IMG/VR virus record: IMGVR_UViG_3300034352_000138
Source: a virus
Length of the DNA: 60,339 nt
Direction: 5' to 3' (one strand)
Part shown: positions 1 through 7,790 of the stretch, piece after piece
How the letters are laid out: each line of letters begins with the position of its first letter
How positions within the stretch are numbered: position 1 is the first letter of the stretch
Position numbers and translations under genes: made by a program
The notes under the pieces: model-generated
The model's database searches: none
The model's input: only the letters and a program-made list of their open reading frames with translations
What the model was told of the DNA's origin: nothing

Positions 1-123
1 CATCATCATCATCAGTAATAAGGCTTTCTAATGGTGGAATCGTAGGGAAGTCGAGCTGATATTTACTTATAAGCTTTAGAAGACGATGTTCTGTGATACC
101 CAGTAGCTCGGAAGCTAACTGGG
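1..123. repeat. Terminal direct repeat, left copy (identical to 60217..60339)
   Basis: Base-by-base comparison of prefix and suffix shows 123/123 identical. The break lies in a (CAT)n run. Confidence 0.97.
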
Positions 124-220
124 TATCCCATTTCGTGTTATGCATAGCTGTATGGATCTTGTTGAGTAACTGAGCACGAGTGTCGTGGTTACCTAAGGTT
201 ATGATCGGTTCAGCTTGCAT
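1..220 (-). CDS. Fis/NtrC-type HTH DNA-binding protein, N-terminal 73 codons; ORF crosses the junction and stops at 60188 (82 aa in total)
   Basis: ATG at 220..218. Hand translation: MQAEPIITLGNHDTRAQLLNKIHTAMHNTKWDTQLASELLGITEHRLLKLISKYQLDFPTIPPLESLITDDDDDGNIPEDLL. The segment QLASELLGITEHRLLKLISKY fits the Fis-type HTH pattern. The ORF is absent from the track because the linearisation splits it. Confidence 0.6.
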   Translation of the reverse strand, partial: MQAEPIITLGNHDTRAQLLNKIHTAMHNTKWDTQLASELLGITEHRLLKLISKYQLDFPTIPPLESLITDDDD

Positions 221-248
221 ATCAGGTCCTTCCGGGTACAGCGCGATG

Positions 249-617
249 TTATCGGGTATCTCCATTAGGTTTCCCCGGTTTGATCTTGTTAAGGATAAAC
301 AAGTATTCATCGGGATGGGTTTCCAGATATATGTTTAGGTATTTGATGGCTATTTCGGGTTTAGTACGTAGGGCGTCGTCAAGTAATTGGAAGGACTTGT
401 CTGTCTCTTCGGCGACCTTTTGGGAACCACTATCGATTATGGTTTCTATGGCTCGGAAGTTATCTGGGGAGACTTTTTTGATGTCTAGGAGGTCGGATGG
501 TTTAGGATCGAATGTTTTCCTCCAACATTCATCGTATTTTTCTTCTCCAAATTTCTCAATGAACTCTTGTTTCGAGTGTGTGACTAATGCGTTTCTAAGA
601 GTGTCTTGCTCGGTCAT
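249..617 (-). CDS. Hypothetical protein (122 aa)
   Basis: Intact ORF with AGGA upstream of its ATG, tightly packed after the upstream gene. No motif recognised. Confidence 0.6.
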   Translation of the reverse strand: MTEQDTLRNALVTHSKQEFIEKFGEEKYDECWRKTFDPKPSDLLDIKKVSPDNFRAIETIIDSGSQKVAEETDKSFQLLDDALRTKPEIAIKYLNIYLETHPDEYLFILNKIKPGKPNGDTR

Positions 618-629
618 ATGGGGTCCTAT

Positions 630-1454
630 TTAGGCGGTTTTAATATCTTCGATGATGGACATGTAATCCTTCGTGAATGCAGCAATTTCTTTACTATCAG
701 GGGTTTCACCCGACAAACTTACGCCGAGATAGGCATGGAGCATGGCGTTTAGAGTGGTGGTGATTTTGGGTGCATTTACGTTTATGCGCGTTTCGGTAAT
801 ACTGAGGGGGGCAATCTGAGCGGCTTCAACTTCCAACTGTTTGACTTGCTTCTTTAATAAGTCGTTGTCTCTTTCTGCGACTCCCAGGCTCCACTGCAGG
901 TCATCCATACGATCTCGTAATTCTGGGTCTTCCTCCAGAGATTCAAGTTTCTGCTCTGTAAGTTGGTCTTTTAGGGTGTTTATTTCTTGTTGTAGATCAT
1001 TAACTTCTCGGGTATAGAGTTCATGTTCTTCTTCGGAAAAACGCATACTCGTCTCATGTTCCTGTAGCTTGGAGACGTAAGCTGAGAGCATGTTCTTTTT
1101 GCCTGTATTTTTAGGCCACCATCTATTCATACGGTGTCCACTAGCGACAGCCGCCCAATCGACGAAGGTTGAAGGGAGCTCTTTCTCTAGTGCAGTCATC
1201 GCGCTTAGACGGTTATGCCGGAGAGATTCATCACTTTCTAGCTTTTTAAGGGATTTTGAGCTGAATCCTTTACGGATCTTGATGGGAGGGTATTTGCCAT
1301 CGTTTGCGTCCGTGATGAAGTCTAGAGAGGCTTCAGGGGCAAGATCGATGGGGCGTTGATAGGTAGCTGTGATGGCTACGTTTGTTATGTTTGATTCCGC
1401 TATGTTTGCTATTGGATTCCGTTTCTTTTTTAATTTATTTGCGTGTTTCTTCAT
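630..1454 (-). CDS. Hypothetical coiled-coil protein (274 aa), first gene downstream of the iteron region
   Basis: Long ORF with a basic N-terminus (KKHANKLKKKRN) and a central heptad-rich segment (EVNDLQQEINTLKDQLTEQKLESLEE). The function (initiator or DNA-binding) is only a guess from position. Confidence 0.7.
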   Translation of the reverse strand: MKKHANKLKKKRNPIANIAESNITNVAITATYQRPIDLAPEASLDFITDANDGKYPPIKIRKGFSSKSLKKLESDESLRHNRLSAMTALEKELPSTFVDWAAVASGHRMNRWWPKNTGKKNMLSAYVSKLQEHETSMRFSEEEHELYTREVNDLQQEINTLKDQLTEQKLESLEEDPELRDRMDDLQWSLGVAERDNDLLKKQVKQLEVEAAQIAPLSITETRINVNAPKITTTLNAMLHAYLGVSLSGETPDSKEIAAFTKDYMSIIEDIKTA

Positions 1455-1498
1455 TGGATACCTTTAAGGTTGTTAAGGCGGTTAATTTAGATAAGCAC

Positions 1499-1537
1499 TT
1501 GATGTATACACTCGATGTATACACTCGATGTATATAG
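1499..1537. repeat. Three tandem 13-mers CT(T/C)GATGTATA(C/T)A, two containing the palindrome TGTATACA
   Basis: Read directly: cttgatgtataca ctcgatgtataca ctcgatgtatata, 45-85 nt upstream of the 1454 start. Confidence 0.9.
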
Positions 1538-1677
1538 CGACTAGTTTAGTACTTGGGCTACTAGGGGCTGTTATGCTTAGAGATACTGCGGTAGCCGACG
1601 TGTAAGTCGGTGTAATATCGACTTTGAGGCTTAGAACGGTGGTGCTGGGGTGCTGGGGTGCTAGGGGCTAAGATTAG

Positions 1678-2118
1678 TGTCCATAAGTGTGGTTTTAACT
1701 TATGGACAGGCGAATCCTTATAAAACAGTGACTTACGGGGGGTGCAATTATTTTTGTCCAAAAGTTGTCCATAACTTGTGGACGGCTGGAGCCCGCATGT
1801 TTACTGGGTTTCCATCCCTTATATAGGTCTTTGTCCATAAGTTAGTACATATTCTTGAGTTAACGGAGTGAAACACCTATAGGGGAAGACTGGGGCTGTT
1901 TATAAAAGGTAGTCATGGACGGGGTAAAGAGGGTGTTGTGGTGGGAACGCGAGAAAAAGTCCCAACTTATGGACAGAGGCCCTTTTTTGGACCAGAAACC
2001 CAGTAACGACGCGGCCTGTAGCCGTCCATAAGTTTTTCCCAACTTATGGACAGTAACGAGAAAAGCATTTTAAGTACTTGTTTTATAAGGGTTCGTCTGT
2101 CCACCTTACTTATGGACA
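1678..2118. repeat. Iteron array: at least 10 copies of the 11-mer TGTCCATAAGT in both orientations (putative origin or operator array)
   Basis: Forward sites at 1678-1688, 1755-1765 (1 mismatch), 1766-1776 (1 mismatch), 1832-1842, 2023-2033. Inverted sites at 1698-1708, 1774-1784 (degenerate), 1965-1975, 2042-2052, 2108-2118. There is a half site at 2098-2103. Several sites form inverted pairs spaced 8-9 nt apart. Confidence 0.85.
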
Positions 2119-2174
2119 CTTTAGCTAAAATCGTATAGATATTGTACGATTTGGGGCTGTAATTGGGGCTTTTG

Positions 2175-2278
2175 CCCAATTCGTGGCGTACTCTCGCTCG
2201 TTAATCCCAGGCAACAATTGGTTTTGAGCAGATGGGGCTGTTTTCCAAAACCCAATTCGTGGCGTACTCTCGCTCGTT
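2175..2278. repeat. Perfect 28-nt direct repeat CCCAATTCGTGGCGTACTCTCGCTCGTT (2175-2202 and 2251-2278)
   Basis: Read directly. Each copy is preceded by a GGGGCT(G)T run. Confidence 0.9.
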
Positions 2279-2337
2279 TCGCAGCCAGGCGAGTGGCCCA
2301 CTGGCCCACGGAAAAGCAGATGGGGCTGTTGGGGCTT

Positions 2338-4107
2338 TTACTTTGAGTATTCTTTAGCATATCCGCCTTCGGCCCCGAGTGGGAGATCTGGGGCCCATTC
2401 TGGGGAAGTAGACATGATTCTAAGCATCTCCTTCAGCGCATCTTCAGCTTCCGATTCTTTGACCACAGCTAGGATCTCATCATGTGTAGTACTTACAGTG
2501 CGTAACCCTAGTTTTTCTATTTCTAATAATTGATCTGCAATCACTACTCTAGCTAAGCCTTGAACTAGATTTTCTTGTAGCTTTGCGCCATATAATTTCT
2601 TTTCGCTTTTACCATAATCGAATAACCACCCACCTTCTTCACCATTGTGGATGTTTGGGTAGCAGATGTTCATACCATTGGGGAATTCAGCTAGTTCTTT
2701 GTAGAAACGAACTGCTCGCCATTCGACGAATCTATCATCGACCATGGTATTCATATAACTGATACATTCATCCATTTTTCGCCAGCTTTGCCGGATATTC
2801 CAATATTGATTTCTATAAAGCTGGATGGTTTTAGCGGCCTTTGGTTCTGAAAGGATAAGTGGGGCCATTCCGAGTGGACCACCAGCGCAATGATCTCGAA
2901 ATCTGCGATGCCCCATGCCGTACCCGCAACCTAGTGCGACAACTTTACCGAATTGGCGTTGTTGTTTAGTAACGTCACCTGGGAGGACACTAAATTGTAC
3001 TGCCGCGGTTTCTTTGTATAGATCTTCTCCCCGACGTAACCGATCAAGGGCGTTAAGTTCTAGGGAAAACCAGCAATTTACTCGTAGTTCTATTTGGGCT
3101 GAATCGGCTACGACTATTACGTGGCCTTTAGGGGCAATTAGACTCTTTCTTAGTTCCCCTCCTCGGGGGAAATTCTGTACATTGAGCCCATCAGTACCGC
3201 TCCAGCGTCCTGTGTGAGCCCCGTAGTATTTCAAGGGCATAGGCATGAGGTGGTTTTTAGTTGATTGGGCCAGAGTTAGTATTGTTCGGGACCTGGAGAC
3301 TTCGATATTAGATTTAGCCGCAAGACGGCCCGCGAAAATATGGTCGTACGTAGGGTATTTGGCGCGTGTTCTGTGAAATTCAGGGTCGTTTTTAGCTAGT
3401 GCAGGTATAGGCCAACCGCTAGCAGAGTCTTTCATGGGGACTTCAATCCCTTCATTTATCAAATAGGCTTCGAATTGTTTGTTAGAGGTTAAAGTTTTTT
3501 CTGGTACCTCACTGGCTTCGATTATATCTTGGCGTTCGTTGATGGCAGTTAGTAGTGCTTGAGACACTCTAGGGATATCTATTTGTAGTGTGGGTTCAAC
3601 ACCCCATCGGTTAGTTATATGTATAAGTTGTTTTTCAGATTCGGGGAAGTAATCTTCTAGTTTTCGATAAATCTTTCGACATAGCTCTACGTCGTTTAAG
3701 GCATATTCTATGAGTTTTTCGTCGCTGGTATTTGCCCCTTCGGTGAGGCCATCGCCTTTTTCTCCTAAATTTAATCTCGTGGCCATGGTAGCGAGTCGGT
3801 GGTCCTTACCCCATATGATTGCTTTGGCCATAGATAGTGTGCAGGACCATCGCTTGGGGGTGATTCCATAATGTTGGGCTAGTACGCACCCATCAAATAG
3901 CATGTTGTGAGCTATTACTTCTGAGTTTTTCCAGTCTAGATCTGGGAGCTTCTCCCCGTCTACCCAGTAAGCTTGTCCATCTTCAATTGCGATTGCAGTG
4001 CCTAGTACTTTGAATCTTGGGTCAGTTACATACTGTAATGTGGGCATTTTTCTGAGACTGAATTTACTATCGTAGTAAGTCTCGAAATCGAGGAATATCT
4101 TCTGCAT
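2338..4107 (-). CDS. Family-A DNA polymerase with 3-prime-5-prime exonuclease domain
   Basis: Exo motifs FLDFET, HNMLFDG and YALNDVEL. Pol motif A VADSAQIELRV, motif B RQFGKVVALGCGYGMG, motif C STTHDEILAV. Confidence 0.95.
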   Translation of the reverse strand: MQKIFLDFETYYDSKFSLRKMPTLQYVTDPRFKVLGTAIAIEDGQAYWVDGEKLPDLDWKNSEVIAHNMLFDGCVLAQHYGITPKRWSCTLSMAKAIIWGKDHRLATMATRLNLGEKGDGLTEGANTSDEKLIEYALNDVELCRKIYRKLEDYFPESEKQLIHITNRWGVEPTLQIDIPRVSQALLTAINERQDIIEASEVPEKTLTSNKQFEAYLINEGIEVPMKDSASGWPIPALAKNDPEFHRTRAKYPTYDHIFAGRLAAKSNIEVSRSRTILTLAQSTKNHLMPMPLKYYGAHTGRWSGTDGLNVQNFPRGGELRKSLIAPKGHVIVVADSAQIELRVNCWFSLELNALDRLRRGEDLYKETAAVQFSVLPGDVTKQQRQFGKVVALGCGYGMGHRRFRDHCAGGPLGMAPLILSEPKAAKTIQLYRNQYWNIRQSWRKMDECISYMNTMVDDRFVEWRAVRFYKELAEFPNGMNICYPNIHNGEEGGWLFDYGKSEKKLYGAKLQENLVQGLARVVIADQLLEIEKLGLRTVSTTHDEILAVVKESEAEDALKEMLRIMSTSPEWAPDLPLGAEGGYAKEYSK

Positions 4108-4196
4108 AGTTGCTCCGGTAGATGAACTACCTATTGTAGGTTGAGCGATAATAGGGGCTGTGGGTACACAATCCTTTGCATACCCACAACAAGAGA

Positions 4197-4523
4197 TTAC
4201 ATGTTTTGGAACATGAGTCCGTCGCGCGTATAAAGACGCATTCCGGTAGTCTCTACCTTTGCAGGCTTCCCTTCTGATGCCGTGTTTTCCTGACGGAAAA
4301 CAGCGACTCCGTACTTTGCTCGAGTGAAGAGGATAGCTAAAGAGGGATCAACAACAACTACGTTTTTGATCTTCTTATGTTCTTCCCCGAATTCCTTAAC
4401 AGCGTCCATGTTGAAAGGGTCAACGCCTGGGATGTGTACCAATTCCAGAGCGAGAGTGCGCTTGGCGTATTCGGCCATAGCAGGAGTTGCGGGCGTTTCG
4501 GACAGGTATCCGATCTGGTCCAT
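4197..4523 (-). CDS. Hypothetical protein (108 aa)
   Basis: ORF with a GAGG SD 8 nt before the ATG. No motif recognised. Confidence 0.65.
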   Translation of the reverse strand: MDQIGYLSETPATPAMAEYAKRTLALELVHIPGVDPFNMDAVKEFGEEHKKIKNVVVVDPSLAILFTRAKYGVAVFRQENTASEGKPAKVETTGMRLYTRDGLMFQNM

Positions 4524-4706
4524 ATTTTTACCTCATAGTAGATGCCCCATTGTGTTACTAACTCTCTCGGGGCGGAGGGAGAGTCTTTGTAGAATCTTGC
4601 ACCCCATTGCGTAACCCTGAAGCCCTACGATCTGGTAGAACCCACCAATGTGTAATTACAGAGAACTTTACTGGCTTGGGCATTTTGGGGGACCTAATAG
4701 GAATGC

Positions 4707-4751
4707 AAAAAGAAGCCCCTCTGATTCAAGCAATGCCTGAACCAGAGGGGC
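4707..4751 (-). terminator. Rho-independent terminator (leftward)
   Basis: On the minus strand, GCCCCTCTG-19 nt loop-CAGAGGGGC is followed by TTCTTTTT. It lies 25 nt after the stop of 4776..5510. Confidence 0.7.
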
Positions 4752-4775
4752 GAATGGAGGTTTAAGGTTTACTGA

Positions 4776-5510
4776 TTAAGCGTTTTGCCGTTCAACCAGG
4801 TTTTCTCCGGGATACTCCTCGAAGCTGTTGCTGACTCGGCGGTCGCCCGCATCGTTTTCGTCGAAGTCATCGGAGTCATCATCGTACCCATCTTCCCAAC
4901 TGATGCTGGTATCGATCTCATCTTGGATGAAAGCGATGTCCTGCATCTGTACAGGGGCAAATGCGCCGTCCCCTGCCGATTCGATTGGGTAGATCAAGGT
5001 GCTGTACTTGTTGTTGAGACGTTCGAGATGTGCGTCCCAGACTGAAGCTACTGTAACGGTGATTTTGCCTGCTCGATTCCTCAAGGCCATTGACAGGACG
5101 TTATCAAAGACCATTACAAGACCGTCGAAGAAGAATTCGTCGGACATGTCGCTGGGTACGTCATGCATCTGGGTACCTAACCACCAGTCTCGTAACGACC
5201 AGACCTTTGTTAACTTCAGGCCACCCTTGTTATGGGCAATGGTCTTGAGCATGCTGGCTACTGCACGTTTCCGTGATTTAAACTCCGCTCTTCGGGCTTC
5301 CTTGCCAGGATCTACTCGTTTTCCTCTTGCGTCGAGGATTTTCTGGACCTGTTGGTCGCGGTGGATGATTGCCGCAACTTTCAGTTCGAAATCCCCCGAT
5401 TCAAGTAAGCATTCGCTTGCTCGGAGAGTGGATTCCTGACTCAAGGTTGTTGCAGGTGCCTGACTGATTCCGGTAGGCTCAGTCTTTTTCTTGCTAGCTT
5501 TCTTAGCCAT
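4776..5510 (-). CDS. Hypothetical protein (244 aa) with an acidic C-terminal region
   Basis: ORF with an AAGGAAAC SD. The C-terminal DGYDDDSDDFDEND tract is reminiscent of acidic SSB tails, but this is not established. Confidence 0.7.
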   Translation of the reverse strand: MAKKASKKKTEPTGISQAPATTLSQESTLRASECLLESGDFELKVAAIIHRDQQVQKILDARGKRVDPGKEARRAEFKSRKRAVASMLKTIAHNKGGLKLTKVWSLRDWWLGTQMHDVPSDMSDEFFFDGLVMVFDNVLSMALRNRAGKITVTVASVWDAHLERLNNKYSTLIYPIESAGDGAFAPVQMQDIAFIQDEIDTSISWEDGYDDDSDDFDENDAGDRRVSNSFEEYPGENLVERQNA

Positions 5511-5525
5511 GTGTAGTTTCCTTGG

Positions 5526-5768
5526 TTAGATTACAATTTTGGACATTACAGCGTCCAAGTGGCGGTGACTCTTTATGTTCCTCCTTGGTTTCGACCTTCT
5601 GGCCTTGGTTTCAGCTATCTCGCGGTGGAGCCGGACTCGTTCTTTATGAGCCCCCACCCCTACGCCTAACGTCCTGTCGAGTTTTTGCAGCTGCTCGAAC
5701 GGGCTCAGCCAGTTTCTAGCTGTTAGCCTTTCAGCGGCTTCGGCTTTTAATACTTCAGCTACCTTCAT
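5526..5768 (-). CDS. Hypothetical protein (80 aa)
   Basis: ORF with a strong SD (TAGGAGGAAAAATG). Confidence 0.65.
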   Translation of the reverse strand: MKVAEVLKAEAAERLTARNWLSPFEQLQKLDRTLGVGVGAHKERVRLHREIAETKARRSKPRRNIKSHRHLDAVMSKIVI

Positions 5769-5776
5769 TTTTCCTC

Positions 5777-6253
5777 CTATGTAATTCGCAGTGTTAGTTC
5801 ACTGCCGAGTTCTTGCCTTACTTTCATTGTCGCGCTAATGTCAGCACTATCGTCGATGATGGTCATACATTTGCCGTTATCTCGCGATTGTGATGACTGC
5901 ATCCACATCCTGATTATGGCTGATGGAGGTATCTCCACACTGAAGTGGAATCCTTCGCAGTCATTGTAATCAAGCGGGTTTATCAACCACCGTTTGACCT
6001 GTCGAAGCAGATCATCGGTTCCGTCCTGACAGATACCGAGGCAGACCATGAACAGGTGTTCCAAGGCCCATTTTAGTCGTGAGGGTTCGCAATTGTTGAT
6101 GGTAAAGTCAACGTACCAATAGGTTCGAGCTTGGACGGGTGGCATAGGGTAATCTTTAGGCCATGAGGCTTCCCCATATTCGGTTTCGCCGATTGCTATA
6201 TCTAATGCTGATTCCTCATTCATTTTTGCTATGGGACGTTTTGATTTAGCCAT
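5777..6253 (-). CDS. Hypothetical protein (158 aa)
   Basis: ORF with a GAGGAAAC SD. No motif recognised. Confidence 0.7.
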   Translation of the reverse strand: MAKSKRPIAKMNEESALDIAIGETEYGEASWPKDYPMPPVQARTYWYVDFTINNCEPSRLKWALEHLFMVCLGICQDGTDDLLRQVKRWLINPLDYNDCEGFHFSVEIPPSAIIRMWMQSSQSRDNGKCMTIIDDSADISATMKVRQELGSELTLRIT

Positions 6254-6317
6254 GATGTTTGTTTCCTCAATAGTTAAATTTCATAGGAAGCCATCCTTGG
6301 CATTTACTCCTCCTTAC

Positions 6318-6449
6318 TTAATAAACAGGGCAAGGTGAGCTTGCGAACCTTGCACTTTCCATCCATCCTTGTAACTCCCATCCTACTATTCCAAAGGTGA
6401 CAATTGACATTAAGAATAGGATGAATATTGGGTGTTTAATTAACTGCAT
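6318..6449 (-). CDS. Small membrane protein (43 aa), not in the ORF track
   Basis: Hand translation MQLIKHPIFILFLMSIVTFGIVGWELQGWMESARFASSPCPVY. A GGAGG SD sits 6 nt upstream and there is one clear TM segment. Confidence 0.45.
   Translation of the reverse strand: MQLIKHPIFILFLMSIVTFGIVGWELQGWMESARFASSPCPVY
6321..6353 (-). promoter_or_regulatory. Conserved hairpin element, copy 1
   Basis: Plus strand: ATAAACAGGGCAAGGT-GAGCTTGCGA-ACCTTGC. The stem is 7 bp and the 10-nt loop is shared with copies 2 and 3 (one substitution in copy 3). Confidence 0.6.
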
Positions 6450-6576
6450 ACCAAGCCTCCTTTTGTTTAAGTACGGGATGCTTTCTTGCCCAGCCTTTAC
6501 ATACCTTTTTCTGGACTTTCCCTTCCAGTTTGCTGTAGAGGGCTAGGGACATGAGCCGTCGTTGGAATTTGTTCAT
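6436..6576 (-). CDS. Small basic protein (46 aa), not in the ORF track
   Basis: Hand translation MNKFQRRLMSLALYSKLEGKVQKKVCKGWARKHPVLKQKEAWYAVN, with a strong SD (GGAGGAGATAAAATG). Confidence 0.5.
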   Translation of the reverse strand: MNKFQRRLMSLALYSKLEGKVQKKVCKGWARKHPVLKQKEAWYAVN

Positions 6577-6631
6577 TTTATCTCCTCCGTTAATACTTCA
6601 TTGGAAATATGGCCATCCCTGGCCGTTAGGT

Positions 6632-6844
6632 TTATTTTCTGAGAAGCTTGTCGCCTCTCGCCCAAGCCGCATGTATTTCCTTAACTATGTATGCTTTGGT
6701 CTCGAACTTTGCTGGAGGATGTTTGAGCCACAAGTGGTGGAGATCTTCCACCAGTGCCCACGCGCGTGAGTCCGCCAAAAGCCGTGTGTTACCTGTGGCT
6801 TCCACTACATTGCAGATGGATTTGACTTCAGTTAGATAGAACAT
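6632..6844 (-). CDS. Hypothetical protein (70 aa)
   Basis: Start moved to the internal ATG at 6844, which is preceded by AAAGGAG at a 6-nt spacing. The longer track ORF has no SD. Confidence 0.55.
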   Translation of the reverse strand: MFYLTEVKSICNVVEATGNTRLLADSRAWALVEDLHHLWLKHPPAKFETKAYIVKEIHAAWARGDKLLRK

Positions 6845-6976
6845 GATTTGCTCCTTTCGTCGGCGAAGCCCTCGCTGTTCCCGAGTGACCACGTCTCAAG
6901 TACCAAGAATTGAATGGCTTTGTTTCCAAGCCACTGATATCGTTGGGCTTACTATTCTTACCTCCCAACTTACCAA

Positions 6977-7010
6977 TTAAACAGGGCCAAGTGAGCTTGC
7001 GAACTTGGCC
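6977..7010 (-). promoter_or_regulatory. Conserved hairpin element, copy 2
   Basis: Plus strand: TTAAACAGGGCCAAGT-GAGCTTGCGA-ACTTGGCC. The stem is 8 bp and differs from copy 1 by compensatory changes. The loop is identical. Confidence 0.6.
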
Positions 7011-7077
7011 ATTGAACTTGAAACATCCCATTGCATGTCCCTGGCCCTGGCTCTTGATCTTAGGAATGGGAAGGCAT

Positions 7078-7109
7078 AAAAAAGCCCCGAGTTCCGAAGA
7101 ACCCGAGGC
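7078..7109 (-). terminator. Rho-independent terminator (leftward)
   Basis: Minus strand: GCCTCGGGTTC-TTCG-GAACTCGGGGC (11 bp, two G-U pairs) followed by TTTTTT. Confidence 0.8.
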
Positions 7110-7116
7110 TGGGTTA

Positions 7117-7203
7117 CTAACTCCACGCCGCCTCGGTAAAGGCGACGAAGATGATGACCGCGATGATGGCGAGGCCGCAGATGCCCTGGATGTGCTCCCT
7201 CAT
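7117..7203 (-). CDS. Hydrophobic micro-protein (28 aa), translationally coupled
   Basis: ATGA overlap with the stop of 7203..7742. Translation MREHIQGICGLAIIAVIIFVAFTEAAWS. The terminator follows immediately. Confidence 0.4.
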   Translation of the reverse strand: MREHIQGICGLAIIAVIIFVAFTEAAWS

Positions 7204-7742
7204 CAGAAGGGGACTACCGAACCCAGGATCTCTGCCACCTTTCCGGTCGCACCTTTGAACTCGACGCTCTTTTTGGGAGCAGCGAACCCTTCTGCCAATT
7301 TCTGCAGAAGGTCGTAGCGGATGCGGACTACATCGCCAGTTACCGCGTAGGCCATGAAAACCTCCTGGGCCTGAGATACTTTGGACTCAGGCGTTAGCGG
7401 AGGAACGTGCCGCTTTACCTGTTTCTTTGGAGCGGGCGCCGGAGCCTGGGGCTCTTGCTCTTGGCGCCGGTGTTCAGCGATCCGCGCCTTGTTGATGGCC
7501 TGCTGATCCGGATACTTCTCGGGGTACTGTTTGCGGAGTACCGTCTCTATCTCCGCCTTTTGCTGCTTCGCAGAGTGCAGATGTAGAACGCTACCATCGT
7601 CCGTCTTTAGGTTTCGGACTACCTTGAGGCCACGCTTCCACACGATCATGCGAACCTTCCACCCTTCGCCGAAGCGGACGATGGTCGGGTACGGTGCCGG
7701 ATACGAACGGGTCTTTGCCACACCTATGTTCTGGTCGCTCAT
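7203..7742 (-). CDS. Hypothetical protein (179 aa), first gene of the leftward arm
   Basis: Start set at MSDQNIG (ATG 7742) with a GGAGAG SD. The 90-codon upstream extension in the track runs across the regulatory repeats. Confidence 0.65.
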   Translation of the reverse strand: MSDQNIGVAKTRSYPAPYPTIVRFGEGWKVRMIVWKRGLKVVRNLKTDDGSVLHLHSAKQQKAEIETVLRKQYPEKYPDQQAINKARIAEHRRQEQEPQAPAPAPKKQVKRHVPPLTPESKVSQAQEVFMAYAVTGDVVRIRYDLLQKLAEGFAAPKKSVEFKGATGKVAEILGSVVPF

Positions 7743-7790
7743 TACATACTCTCCAAGTAACGCAGAAGTCGAATGACTCCTGTCACTCAG

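Noticed and set aside
280-633. 117-aa plus-strand ORF antisense to 249..617. Similar shadow ORFs occur at 1090..1359, 2915..3217, 4324..4614, 4785..5439, 5522..5719, 6551..6839 and 7531..8028.
   Set aside because: They lie entirely antisense to, or out of frame with, better-supported genes. They lack SD sequences and have low-complexity, Arg/Ser/Cys-rich compositions typical of non-coding frames.
2175-2278. Repeat-spacer-repeat read as a phage mini-CRISPR array.
   Set aside because: There are only two repeats, no palindromic core in the repeat, a 48-nt spacer and no cas genes. It is kept only as a low-priority alternative in the findings.
1561-2360. Four overlapping minus-strand ORFs (60-79 aa) in the 880-bp region.
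   Set aside because: They are made of the iteron and GGGGCT repeats, overlap one another, and have no SD. The region is better explained as regulatory or origin DNA.
6828-7031. 67-aa minus-strand ORF across hairpin copy 2.
   Set aside because: It reads the conserved element in a different frame from the ORF crossing copy 1, has no SD, and overlaps the 6632..6844 gene start.
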